Virus record (IMG/VR): IMGVR_UViG_3300032030_000005 | Span: 96,001-160,000 of that record | Origin: a virus | Taxonomy: Duplodnaviria > Caudoviricetes | Length of the DNA: 64,000 nt | Strand: one strand, 5' to 3' | Shown here: positions 42,147 to 50,378 of the stretch, one piece after another | How the letters are laid out: every line of letters begins with the position of its first letter | Position numbering within the stretch: position 1 is the first letter of the stretch | The notes under the pieces: model-generated | The model's input: the letters and a program-made list of their open reading frames with translations, nothing else | Databases searched by the model: none | What the model was told of the DNA's origin: nothing | Translations under genes and position numbers: made by a program

Positions 42147-42695
42147 ATGAAAAAGATTTTAGCCTTATGTGGAGCTACTTCTAGTGGAAAAACTTATATT
42201 AAGGATTTGCTCTGTAATCCAGATAAAGATATTAATTTTGTGTTTCATGCACCAATTCAGGTAACAACTAGACTTAAAAGAGCTAGTGAACCACTATCAA
42301 CATATAGATACGTAACTCAGGAAGAATATGATGAGTTTGAAAGAGATGGAATACTTACAGCTCAGACATATTTTAATGGAAATAGTTATGGTACATTGAT
42401 GTCGAATTTTATTGTGGGCAAAAATGCTTATAATATCATTTTATGCTCCGCAGAAGGGCTAAATAATCTTAAAAAAAGATTCAAGGATGATGTAACAGTT
42501 AGCATTGAAACAGCATTAGTCCTTAGTGACTTTAATGAAAAACTGATCAATGATCATAACAGAACAATGGAATTTGTAAAAGAAGAATTTATTGGATTAG
42601 CTCAGCAAGAATATGATTATTATATTAGGAATTATTCAGACAATAGAGCTACACTTAATAGTGTTCTTCACGATATTGATAAATGGTTTGCATAA
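42147..42695 (+). CDS. Guanylate kinase-like nucleotide kinase
   Basis: P-loop GATSSGKT; VTTRLKR..E...YRYV; FNGNSYGT. Confidence 0.8.
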   Translation: MKKILALCGATSSGKTYIKDLLCNPDKDINFVFHAPIQVTTRLKRASEPLSTYRYVTQEEYDEFERDGILTAQTYFNGNSYGTLMSNFIVGKNAYNIILCSAEGLNNLKKRFKDDVTVSIETALVLSDFNEKLINDHNRTMEFVKEEFIGLAQQEYDYYIRNYSDNRATLNSVLHDIDKWFA

Positions 42696-43285
42696 TGAAA
42701 GAGATATACATATTTTCAGATGGTGGAAGCTTTAACAATGGCTTTAAAGATCCAGATAAGCCAATGTACGGATCTTATGGTTCTATTATTGTTAAGGACA
42801 ATAAGATAGTATATCAGTTCTCAGACTGGTATGAGAATATCACTAATAATCAAGGGGAACTTTATGGATTTATTAAAGCTTATATAGAATTCTTAAAGCA
42901 CTATAAATCTAAAGAACCTTATAAGGTTATAGTAGTATCTGATTCTCAGTATTTAATAAATGGAGTTAATAAATATTTAGAGAATTGGAAAAAGAAAAAC
43001 TGGCATACAGCTTCAGGTGATGATGTTAAAAATTTAGAATTATGGAAAATCATCGATTTCTTAATAAATTTTGAACCAAACATCACTTTAGAATTTGTTT
43101 GGCAGAAAGGTCATAAGGGTAAAAAGGTGACCTTAGAAGAGAATCCATTAATATACTTCAATGAAGTATGTGATTCTTTAGCAACAGATCAAATCAATAA
43201 GGCTGTTAAAGAAGGAGAAAATTATATTCCTCCAGATGTATTTAAGAACCTTATTGATAATTTAATAAAAAAATTTAATCTTTAA
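42683..43285 (+). CDS. rnhA: Ribonuclease HI
   Basis: IFSDG, TNNQGEL, VSDSQY, VKNLELW, WQKGH, NEVCDSLA. Likely start ATG at 42695. Confidence 0.92.
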   Translation: MVCIMKEIYIFSDGGSFNNGFKDPDKPMYGSYGSIIVKDNKIVYQFSDWYENITNNQGELYGFIKAYIEFLKHYKSKEPYKVIVVSDSQYLINGVNKYLENWKKKNWHTASGDDVKNLELWKIIDFLINFEPNITLEFVWQKGHKGKKVTLEENPLIYFNEVCDSLATDQINKAVKEGENYIPPDVFKNLIDNLIKKFNL

Positions 43286-43301
43286 TAACGGGGGAAGAAA
43301 A

Positions 43302-44087
43302 ATGACAGAATTCATGAACTTCAAAAATCAGCCAATGGTAATTTACGGTCATATATATAATGACTGTACTGTAACAACAGTTGCAGATAAGTACATACAG
43401 ATTTTAGTTAATGATTTGAATGATAAGTTTATAGATGATAAGATCATCATAAACTCAACAAAGACATTTAACTTACCGATGACTGATTGTGGTCTTAATC
43501 CAGATGCTAAAATAACTATTTTAAATTATTTTAATTTCTGGATGCCATTAAAGGACTTTATGTCTATTAACTCAAAGAAAGAAGAAAAGAAAGCTGCTCC
43601 AAAGGATGATAAGGATAGCTTATTTAAGACAAAAATAATCGATAGCCATATACCGAATAATATTAAGGGAGAAATCCTTGGAGAACTTGAATCACCTATT
43701 ACAACAGGTAAGTTAAGTTTTAGTACTTCAATTGATTTAATTCTTGTAAGATTTGGTGATCCAGATCCGAAGGAAGTTAATATTGTTGGATTTGATAAGG
43801 AGAAAGAATTACTAATTTTCTCTGATAAGAATGAATTCAAGTATTATAGAGTTAGACTTGATGATTTCGTTACAGGAAAGTCAAAATTAACAGAAAAGAA
43901 AAAGGAAAATAAAGAAGAAACAAGAAAAACAACTCCAACATTAAAGCCTAAGAAGGCAACTGAAAAGAACGTTGTAAATGAGAAATTTAATGATGATGAC
44001 GTTCAGGAAAAGTTTGTCGACGAATTAGCCGACATGATAAAGGAAATATTTGGCGATAATAAAAATATCACTATTAGGAGAATATAA
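43302..44087 (+). CDS. Hypothetical protein
   Basis: 261-aa ORF within the operon. Confidence 0.65.
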   Translation: MTEFMNFKNQPMVIYGHIYNDCTVTTVADKYIQILVNDLNDKFIDDKIIINSTKTFNLPMTDCGLNPDAKITILNYFNFWMPLKDFMSINSKKEEKKAAPKDDKDSLFKTKIIDSHIPNNIKGEILGELESPITTGKLSFSTSIDLILVRFGDPDPKEVNIVGFDKEKELLIFSDKNEFKYYRVRLDDFVTGKSKLTEKKKENKEETRKTTPTLKPKKATEKNVVNEKFNDDDVQEKFVDELADMIKEIFGDNKNITIRRI

Positions 44088-44088
44088 T

Positions 44089-44358
44089 ATGGAATATGAT
44101 GCTTCATCATTTCATATTCCAGAGGAAATAAAGAAAATTTTATTCAAAGGTCAATTTAATATAATAGAAGACAAAAATGGCCTTATTAAATTGACTTTTA
44201 AAACAGACTTTGGATATGAAACTGCTCCAATGATAATGACAAAAACAAATCCCATAATTGAAGAGCTTAGAAACTGTTTAGAATTTAGTAAAGCTCTTGA
44301 AGAAAATAAGAAAATAACCGCTGAGTATGAAGATTTATCTTCTACTGAATGGAGGTAA
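44089..44358 (+). CDS. Hypothetical protein
   Basis: ORF track 44050-44358; the AGGAG SD before ATG 44089 favours that start. Confidence 0.6.
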   Translation: MEYDASSFHIPEEIKKILFKGQFNIIEDKNGLIKLTFKTDFGYETAPMIMTKTNPIIEELRNCLEFSKALEENKKITAEYEDLSSTEWR

Positions 44359-44364
44359 AATAAA

Positions 44365-44868
44365 ATGACTGAAGAATTCTTTAGAATTTCTACTTCAGTC
44401 ATACTTATAATAGTTGTGCTGGTCCTTCTGGCACAACTATTTTTTTCGTATAAGATTGCTAATTTTTTAGTATCTTTTATTGAAAAAGATGATAAAAGTA
44501 TGGCTGAATTAAATTATCAAAAAATTATTGATGATTTAGATAAAATTGTTACTAGAAAATGTTATACAGCTTACAGAAGAGTTTTACAACCATATGTTAG
44601 TAAAGCATTAAAGAATAAACCATTAATTAATGATAAAGTTGTAAATGATATAACGTTACAGATTACAACAGAAATATTAGAAGAAATGTCTGATGATTAT
44701 AAACAGAAATTACTATTAGTATATAAAGAAGATTTACTGGAAGATATTATTCTTGAAATGGTGTATAACACTGTAACTGAAATGTCTTTGACTATTAACA
44801 AAAATTCTATTAAATCAATGAACTTTGTTAAAACTATGAGGCATATGAATAATATAACAGAAGACTAA
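44365..44868 (+). CDS. Hypothetical membrane-anchored protein
   Basis: N-terminal transmembrane segment SVILIIVVLVLLAQLFF; GGAGGT SD. Confidence 0.7.
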   Translation: MTEEFFRISTSVILIIVVLVLLAQLFFSYKIANFLVSFIEKDDKSMAELNYQKIIDDLDKIVTRKCYTAYRRVLQPYVSKALKNKPLINDKVVNDITLQITTEILEEMSDDYKQKLLLVYKEDLLEDIILEMVYNTVTEMSLTINKNSIKSMNFVKTMRHMNNITED

Positions 44869-44871
44869 AAA

Positions 44872-44902
44872 TATCCCTAAAGGTTAATAACCTTTAGGGA
44901 TT
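44872..44902 (+). terminator. Hairpin terminator
   Basis: ATCCCTAAAGGTT...AACCTTTAGGGAT. Confidence 0.75.
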
Positions 44903-44934
44903 TTATTAAACGTATTGAATATATGTATTAAGTA

Positions 44935-45137
44935 TATATTATAATTATGGATTAAAGTATGCTATCCGGAGAATCAATGTAAATCTTTTCACCTCATCAT
45001 GCATTGATATAGATATTTTAATCTAAAAATCGAACAGAATAATAACCAAAAACACACTACTTTAAAAAGGAGATAATGGCTACGGACCATTCGAAAAAAT
45101 AATGTTTCTTCAAATAAGGCCATTATCTCTTTTTTTT
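44935..45137 (+). ncRNA. Candidate early small RNA (two long hairpins)
   Basis: TATATTAT at 44935-44942, no long ORF, hairpin at ~44949-45024 and a terminator hairpin at ~45064-45137. Confidence 0.5.
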
Positions 45138-45895
45138 TATGCTGCAGGAATATCTTCAGTATCTAATTTAACTTTCTCTAAGAAATCTACATCTCCCATA
45201 TCGAGATATACTTTCTTAATTCTAAGCTTATCTAAATCTAATTCAGTATCACCATCAAGAATTTCATTAGTCTTGTTATTAATTAAATTAAGCACTTCCT
45301 TATAATTACCATATTCTTTAGCATTATATTCATCTATAAAATCATGATAATTACCAAATACATATTTATTAGTTAATGGTATAAATAATTCACCAGCATG
45401 GTATAATTCATGAGGAGTTACTGATAAAGGAACTAAGCCAACTTTTCCTTCATAATGAAGTCTTAATACTTCCTTAGAAATAGAAAATGGATTTAAACAT
45501 CTATCAAACAGCTTTTGATTAGATGGATCTTCCATTTGATTCTTCATTCTATTTTGAATAACTATTGAAGTTATATCAAATATAGTAAAAGGATAATGAT
45601 GCATTTCAAATGAAATCTTACAATTATCAGATATGTCTATATTTTTAAAAAAAGCACATTTTGTTAAATCAAATTCAGTTTTTAAAATCTTTATATATTT
45701 TCTATATTCATAACTAGAACGAATCATCTTTACAATCTGTTTTGTATAATCCGAAAGAGATTTTTCATCTTCGAATATATCCATATATAATTCTCTAAAA
45801 TCTGTATAATTGTGAGCATCTACTGAAAGTACTATATGACCATCATCTTCTACTGTATTATTTTTTAAAGTTTCTGATAAATTTGGTACTAACAT
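45137..45895 (-). CDS. Hypothetical protein with an HNH-like His motif
   Basis: C.FF...EMHHYPF...LHY...GLVPLSVTPHELYH. Confidence 0.55.
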   Translation of the reverse strand: MLVPNLSETLKNNTVEDDGHIVLSVDAHNYTDFRELYMDIFEDEKSLSDYTKQIVKMIRSSYEYRKYIKILKTEFDLTKCAFFKNIDISDNCKISFEMHHYPFTIFDITSIVIQNRMKNQMEDPSNQKLFDRCLNPFSISKEVLRLHYEGKVGLVPLSVTPHELYHAGELFIPLTNKYVFGNYHDFIDEYNAKEYGNYKEVLNLINNKTNEILDGDTELDLDKLRIKKVYLDMGDVDFLEKVKLDTEDIPAA

Positions 45896-45984
45896 AGTAT
45901 CACCTTCTTAATAATTAATATAATGTAAAGTTTAAAAAACTAATTATTATATTTTTACACTATAATAGAAAGAAGGACATTGAT

Positions 45985-46452
45985 ATGAATTATGAAGAAT
46001 TATTTTTAGAAGGTTATTATGATGCTTTAAATGAAATAGAAGAAGATTCTTATGATGAATATGAAGCTTATAATGAAGAAGATTTAGAAGAAGCATATCT
46101 TGAAGGTTATTATGCAGCTTTAAATGAAGCTAATAAATACGAACAATATATGGGTATGACTAAAGGTCAAAAGCAACAAGCAAGATATGATAGAAATAGA
46201 GCTGAAGATACAACAAAATATATAACCTTAAAAAATGGAAAAAAAGGTGCTATTGGAAGGGCTTCAAACTTTATGTATCATAATATGAACGGTAGAAAAG
46301 TTGGTTCAGATTATGGTTCAAATTCATACACTGTAATGCAAAAAGGATTTAATAACGCACCTGAAAATAGAGAAAAGAATATAAGTTCAGTTTCTTCTAG
46401 AAATTTAAGAAGAGGTAGTGCATCTAATAGTTGGCATAATATTGATAAATAA
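45985..46452 (+). CDS. EGYYDALNE-leader protein with basic cargo A
   Basis: 46-aa acidic leader identical to that of ORF 47071(-), followed by an unrelated K/R/N-rich tail. Confidence 0.75.
   Translation: MNYEELFLEGYYDALNEIEEDSYDEYEAYNEEDLEEAYLEGYYAALNEANKYEQYMGMTKGQKQQARYDRNRAEDTTKYITLKNGKKGAIGRASNFMYHNMNGRKVGSDYGSNSYTVMQKGFNNAPENREKNISSVSSRNLRRGSASNSWHNIDK
45991..46128 (+). repeat. 138-bp perfect inverted repeat, left copy
   Basis: Identical to the reverse complement of 46919-47056 (checked base by base). Confidence 0.95.
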
Positions 46453-46502
46453 AAATATATCCCTTAAGACTAATTAGTCTTAAGGGATATATTTTTATTT
46501 AT
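46445..46502. terminator. Perfect 58-bp palindrome, bidirectional terminator (CCCTTAAGAC family)
   Basis: ATAAATAAAAATATATCCCTTAAGACTAA|TTAGTCTTAAGGGATATATTTTTATTTAT. Confidence 0.9.
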
Positions 46503-47071
46503 TAAAAATCTTTTTTCTTTAAACCATTTTTAGTTTGTACATATTTACCTTTATTGGTATAATATCTATGCTCAGTACCATCACTAGTGGTAAAAGTTGC
46601 TCTACTTGGCTGACCACCATAGTATTTAACTGATGAACCAAGCATATCATGCATTCCTGCAGAATTTGGATTAACTGATTTTCCATCTATTGTAGCACTA
46701 GTTATATATTTACCTTTAGTTGATGGATTTACACCTTTATTATGAATTAATCTTCCTTTAGTCAGTCCTCTATATGATTTACCTTTTTCTTTAGACATTT
46801 TTCCCGGATGCATAAGTGCTTCTATTTTTCTTCCTTCATGAACATTACCAGCTTTCATTTGTTTTCTCCATTCACGAGCTAAAACTTTATTATGTTCTTG
46901 TTTATTATACTGACTTGTTTCATTTAAAGCTGCATAATAACCTTCAAGATATGCTTCTTCTAAATCTTCTTCATTATAAGCTTCATATTCATCATAAGAA
47001 TCTTCTTCTATTTCATTTAAAGCATCATAATAACCTTCTAAAAATAATTCTTCATATGTCATTATAGACAC
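46502..47071 (-). CDS. EGYYDALNE-leader protein with basic cargo B
   Basis: Same 46-aa leader, different K/G-rich tail. Confidence 0.75.
   Translation of the reverse strand: MSIMTYEELFLEGYYDALNEIEEDSYDEYEAYNEEDLEEAYLEGYYAALNETSQYNKQEHNKVLAREWRKQMKAGNVHEGRKIEALMHPGKMSKEKGKSYRGLTKGRLIHNKGVNPSTKGKYITSATIDGKSVNPNSAGMHDMLGSSVKYYGGQPSRATFTTSDGTEHRYYTNKGKYVQTKNGLKKKDF
46919..47056 (-). repeat. 138-bp perfect inverted repeat, right copy
   Basis: Reverse complement of 45991-46128. Confidence 0.95.
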
Positions 47072-47133
47072 ATCCTTTCTTTAAATTAATAATTTATAGT
47101 TTTATAATTCGTATCAAAATAAAATTATATATA

Positions 47134-47141
47134 TATATTAT
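47134..47141 (+). promoter_or_regulatory. Putative early promoter TATATTAT
   Basis: Directly upstream of the small-ORF array. Confidence 0.6.
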
Positions 47142-47163
47142 AATTGTAGAAAGGAGGAATATT

Positions 47164-47277
47164 ATGATTAAAGATATTCTTAAGGTCTTGGTAAAGACCT
47201 ACTCAGTAGCGTTGGCTGTTACAGGTATAGCGCTTCTGATATTAAATGTCATATCCTCACAAAAAGAAAAAAACTAA
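47164..47277 (+). CDS. Small membrane peptide (37 aa)
   Basis: AAGGAGG SD; MIKDILKVLVKTYSVALAVTGIALLILNVISSQKEKN. Confidence 0.7.
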   Translation: MIKDILKVLVKTYSVALAVTGIALLILNVISSQKEKN

Positions 47278-47312
47278 TAATCTGTTAATCACATGAAAGG
47301 AGGTGATATAGT

Positions 47313-47441
47313 ATGACAGATATTATATTAAACTTTTTTAAAGGTTTACTCTACGCACATGAAGTAGGGTTAGCTATTAGTGTTGCCTGTCTTGCATTGA
47401 TAGTGGTTTGCTGTAGACAGAATAACAAAGAAGATAAATAA
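47313..47441 (+). CDS. Small membrane peptide (42 aa)
   Basis: AAGGAGGTGA SD; MTDIILNFFKGLLYAHEVGLAISVACLALIVVCCRQNNKEDK. Confidence 0.7.
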   Translation: MTDIILNFFKGLLYAHEVGLAISVACLALIVVCCRQNNKEDK

Positions 47442-47489
47442 AAAATGATCGCTGTGAAGCGATCATTGTAAGAAAGAAGGTGATTAAAA

Positions 47490-47555
47490 ATGATTAAAAC
47501 AATTATTTTAAGATTTATTTCTGAAATTATTTACAGGTGTAACAACTTTAGATAA
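47490..47555 (+). CDS. Small peptide (21 aa)
   Basis: GAAGGTGA SD; MIKTIILRFISEIIYRCNNFR. Confidence 0.45.
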   Translation: MIKTIILRFISEIIYRCNNFR

Positions 47556-47592
47556 TATAATTTCAGATAAGATTCAATAAGGAGGTGATAAA

Positions 47593-47682
47593 ATGTATGA
47601 GTACACAATTGTATTCTTAAAAGCAGTAACAACTGCGATTTATCTTATAGAGCTATTGGGGGTATGCTTTAAAGGTAAATAA
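47593..47682 (+). CDS. Small membrane peptide (29 aa)
   Basis: AAGGAGGTGA SD; MYEYTIVFLKAVTTAIYLIELLGVCFKGK. Confidence 0.65.
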   Translation: MYEYTIVFLKAVTTAIYLIELLGVCFKGK

Positions 47683-47718
47683 AAAAATAATGATTGCTGT
47701 GAAGCAAGCGTTATTTTT

Positions 47719-48471
47719 TTAGTTTACAACATCATAAAATACTTCAATGTAACTATTATTTAATTTTTTAATTTTAGTTAAATTAAGAATACCTATATCA
47801 CTTAATTTTTTAACATCACTTCCACCTATTAAAGAAGATGTATTTGTACCACCAACTAATATCGGACATATAACAATATTGACTTTGTCTATTAAATGGT
47901 TTCTTAAAAAGATATTATTTAAAGTTGAACCAGTTTGTATTGTAAGTTCTTTGCATCCATACTTATATAATTCTTCAAGCATATTTTTTGGATTAAATTT
48001 TCCATTATATTCTATAATAGTTAAATTATCTTCGTTAGATAAATATGCTGGATGATTTTTATTACTTGTTACTAAATAAAAATGATTGAATACACTACAT
48101 GTATAAGATACACCATGATCTGTTAAATGATTATTATCTATAATAACAAAATTAACTGGACATCTTTCTTTAGCAAATGGCTTTGAATTATAACCGACTT
48201 TTGCCATTACTCTACCACTATTTAAACTCCATAAATCCGTTTCTTGTTCTGCTTCATAGTATTGATGTAATCCTTGTGCTGGGTTACCTGATAATTTAGG
48301 AATATCTTTATCTACATCAAAATTATCAGTAGGACCTGTACTTATTTTTCCATCTAAGCTTTGTAAAAGAAATAATGTTGTAACAGGTCTATTTGACGGA
48401 TTCTGCTGTTCGTTTAATATTTCATACATATATGCATCGAAATAACCTTCTAAAAAAGCTTTATTTAACAT
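47719..48471 (-). CDS. RibD C-terminal/dihydrofolate reductase-family protein with an N-terminal FLEGYFDA tag
   Basis: RPVTTLFLLQSLDGKIS, LTIQTGSTLN.FL...LIDKV.IVICPILVGG; extra N-terminal MLNKAFLEGYFDAYMYEILNE. Confidence 0.85.
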   Translation of the reverse strand: MLNKAFLEGYFDAYMYEILNEQQNPSNRPVTTLFLLQSLDGKISTGPTDNFDVDKDIPKLSGNPAQGLHQYYEAEQETDLWSLNSGRVMAKVGYNSKPFAKERCPVNFVIIDNNHLTDHGVSYTCSVFNHFYLVTSNKNHPAYLSNEDNLTIIEYNGKFNPKNMLEELYKYGCKELTIQTGSTLNNIFLRNHLIDKVNIVICPILVGGTNTSSLIGGSDVKKLSDIGILNLTKIKKLNNSYIEVFYDVVN

Positions 48472-49217
48472 TATTTCTCCTCCCTCAGATCATTTATTCT
48501 ATCAACTAATTCATCATACTTTTTATCATATATTTTAATATAATGAACTTTCTTATTTTTTATATCATCCTGAACTGCTTCTTCTTTAAGTACTTCTAAC
48601 TGATAATCTCTATCACGATATCCATGACCACTTTGAGTACCTTTAACTTCAATAAGTAAATTAATATCGGCTAAGAAAATATCAGGAATATAAAAATGCT
48701 TCTTTCCTTCATAAGTATAATTATAAATCTGAGGAGCTGGTGCAAATACTTCACAGCTTGGATACTGCATAATCTTATCTAAATACTCTAATAAATCTTT
48801 TTCATATGTTCCTGTATATGTAAACTCTTTTCCATCAGACCATTTGTATTTTCCAGATATTTTTCTATGTTCCAGCATTTGTTTCTGTCTAACTGGATCC
48901 TGTAACTGCGTTAAAGGATCTTTACCTTTAGCCAACATTCTAGCTCTAAATTTAGCCACATAAGCTTCTTTACATTTAGGATTCTTACAAAGTCTATCAT
49001 ATTTTTCAGTTTTTTCATTAAAGAATGTTTCTTTGCCACATTCTGTACATTTCCCTTTATGTGTAGCATTATGATTTCTATAATCAAAATAATAATGTGC
49101 TGCAGATAATCCCAATAATTGATCTTTATGTATATTGTCCATATGATCATATAATGACTGTTTGGATACATATTTTTTATCACATAATGGACATTTAAAT
49201 GATTTAGTATTAATCAT
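48471..49217 (-). CDS. C2H2 zinc finger plus TnsA-like PD-(D/E)XK endonuclease
   Basis: FKCPLCDKKY...LYDHMDNIH, CTEC, GTYE.DLL, FYIPDIFL...LIEVKG. Confidence 0.7.
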   Translation of the reverse strand: MINTKSFKCPLCDKKYVSKQSLYDHMDNIHKDQLLGLSAAHYYFDYRNHNATHKGKCTECGKETFFNEKTEKYDRLCKNPKCKEAYVAKFRARMLAKGKDPLTQLQDPVRQKQMLEHRKISGKYKWSDGKEFTYTGTYEKDLLEYLDKIMQYPSCEVFAPAPQIYNYTYEGKKHFYIPDIFLADINLLIEVKGTQSGHGYRDRDYQLEVLKEEAVQDDIKNKKVHYIKIYDKKYDELVDRINDLREEK

Positions 49218-49325
49218 AATAGTTATTCACTTCCGTTTCTATATTTTAATAATAAATCGTTTAATTAACTTTTTATTTATATATTATCTTTTTGTTTAAT
49301 ATATTTTATTAATGGAGGTATTTTT

Positions 49326-49730
49326 ATGAAATTAGTATTAACAAAAGAAGAATTTAGAAAACTCGAAGACTTTATACATAAAAGAGCTGAATTTGAAGTT
49401 TTCGAGAAATTAGGCCATCCATGCTCAAATAATTGTCCGGGCATGGAAATTTTAAAACACTTGGATGGCGAGAATGATGAATGTATATGTAAATTAATCA
49501 ATGATTGCCACACATATAAAGAATATTGTGAAAAATGTAAAAAATTATATGATATATCGGAAGAAAGCAAACAAAACGTAAATAATATTATTTCTATTGA
49601 AGAAATTGCAATATATGTAAGGAAGGTTATAAATATAGAAAAATCTAAATTAATCATTGATAAAATGGAAAAAGAAAAAACTGCCAATGAAGTTAAAATA
49701 GCAAATTCACATATTATAGAAATAGAATAA
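49326..49730 (+). CDS. Cys-rich hypothetical early protein
   Basis: TATATTAT at 49280-49287, GGAGGT SD, 7 Cys. Confidence 0.65.
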   Translation: MKLVLTKEEFRKLEDFIHKRAEFEVFEKLGHPCSNNCPGMEILKHLDGENDECICKLINDCHTYKEYCEKCKKLYDISEESKQNVNNIISIEEIAIYVRKVINIEKSKLIIDKMEKEKTANEVKIANSHIIEIE

Positions 49731-49736
49731 ATTTAA

Positions 49737-49770
49737 ATGACCTTAAGGAAATATAATCCTTAAGGTCATT
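49737..49770. terminator. Hairpin terminator (CCTTAAGG family)
   Basis: AATGACCTTAAGGA...TCCTTAAGGTCATT plus T tract. Confidence 0.75.
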
Positions 49771-49777
49771 TTTTTTT

Positions 49778-49900
49778 TTAATCATGTAATATATTTGGTT
49801 TTGGAAGATCTTTTACCGCATGAATTCCATCACCTATTACAGTAGTTCCATCCGGTAATGATACTAATTCACCATATTCTGGTATTCTATCTTGATCCAT
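49778..49900 (-). CDS. 40-aa ORF with a tail-fibre N-terminal-like GE...IGDG...LP motif
   Basis: MDQDRIPEYGELVSLPDGTTVIGDGIHAVKDLPKPNILHD. Confidence 0.5.
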   Translation of the reverse strand: MDQDRIPEYGELVSLPDGTTVIGDGIHAVKDLPKPNILHD

Positions 49901-49948
49901 AATTTATACACTTCTTTCTATAGCTGTAATAAACATAATTGTAAAATA

Positions 49949-50180
49949 TATATTATAATTATGAAATATGAGACTTCTATATCCCAGTATAATTAACCAC
50001 AAGGAGGTGATTATAGTGGACTGGGATATAGAATGTGTAGAATAATAAGATAAAAGAATCTTATTACTTACTAAAAAAAAAAAGAAAGGAGGTGGATCGC
50101 CGATGGGCGTTTGTTATATTTTACACCGTAAGGTGATCGAGATCGTGTTATTATTAACCATCCCTTTCTTTTTTTTTTAT
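49949..50180 (+). ncRNA. Candidate early structured RNA with two SD-sequestering hairpins
   Basis: TATATTAT at 49949-49956; stems 49975-49988/50020-50033 and ~50083-50096/50158-50178. Confidence 0.45.
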
Positions 50181-50222
50181 TTTCTCCTAACTATATAGAA
50201 TAGTTAGGAGAAAAATTTATTT

Positions 50223-50378
50223 TTAATAAGTCATACTATAAATAGCTTGTGAACATTCATTTTTAACAGTACGTCTTGTACCACCAGAAACCGTTAATAA
50301 ATAGTTCTTTGTATTAATAATTTCTTCAGCTTCTGCATTAGCTTCCTGAGTATAAACACCTCTTAAAGAAACAGTGTC
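50223..50378 (-). CDS. Exon 2 of the virion RNAP beta'-like subunit (not in the ORF track)
   Basis: DTVSLRGVYTQEANAEAEEII...SMTY*; joining it to exon 1 restores the catalytic GGDFDG|D. Confidence 0.88.
   Translation of the reverse strand, partial: DTVSLRGVYTQEANAEAEEIINTKNYLLTVSGGTRRTVKNECSQAIYSMTY

Noticed and set aside
45985-47071. RiPP precursor reading of the conserved leader plus variable tail
   Set aside because: Tails are over 100 aa, one cargo is a full enzyme, one tag is C-terminal, and no modifying enzymes are in the window. An IS or MITE reading also fails: the repeats are coding and there is no transposase.
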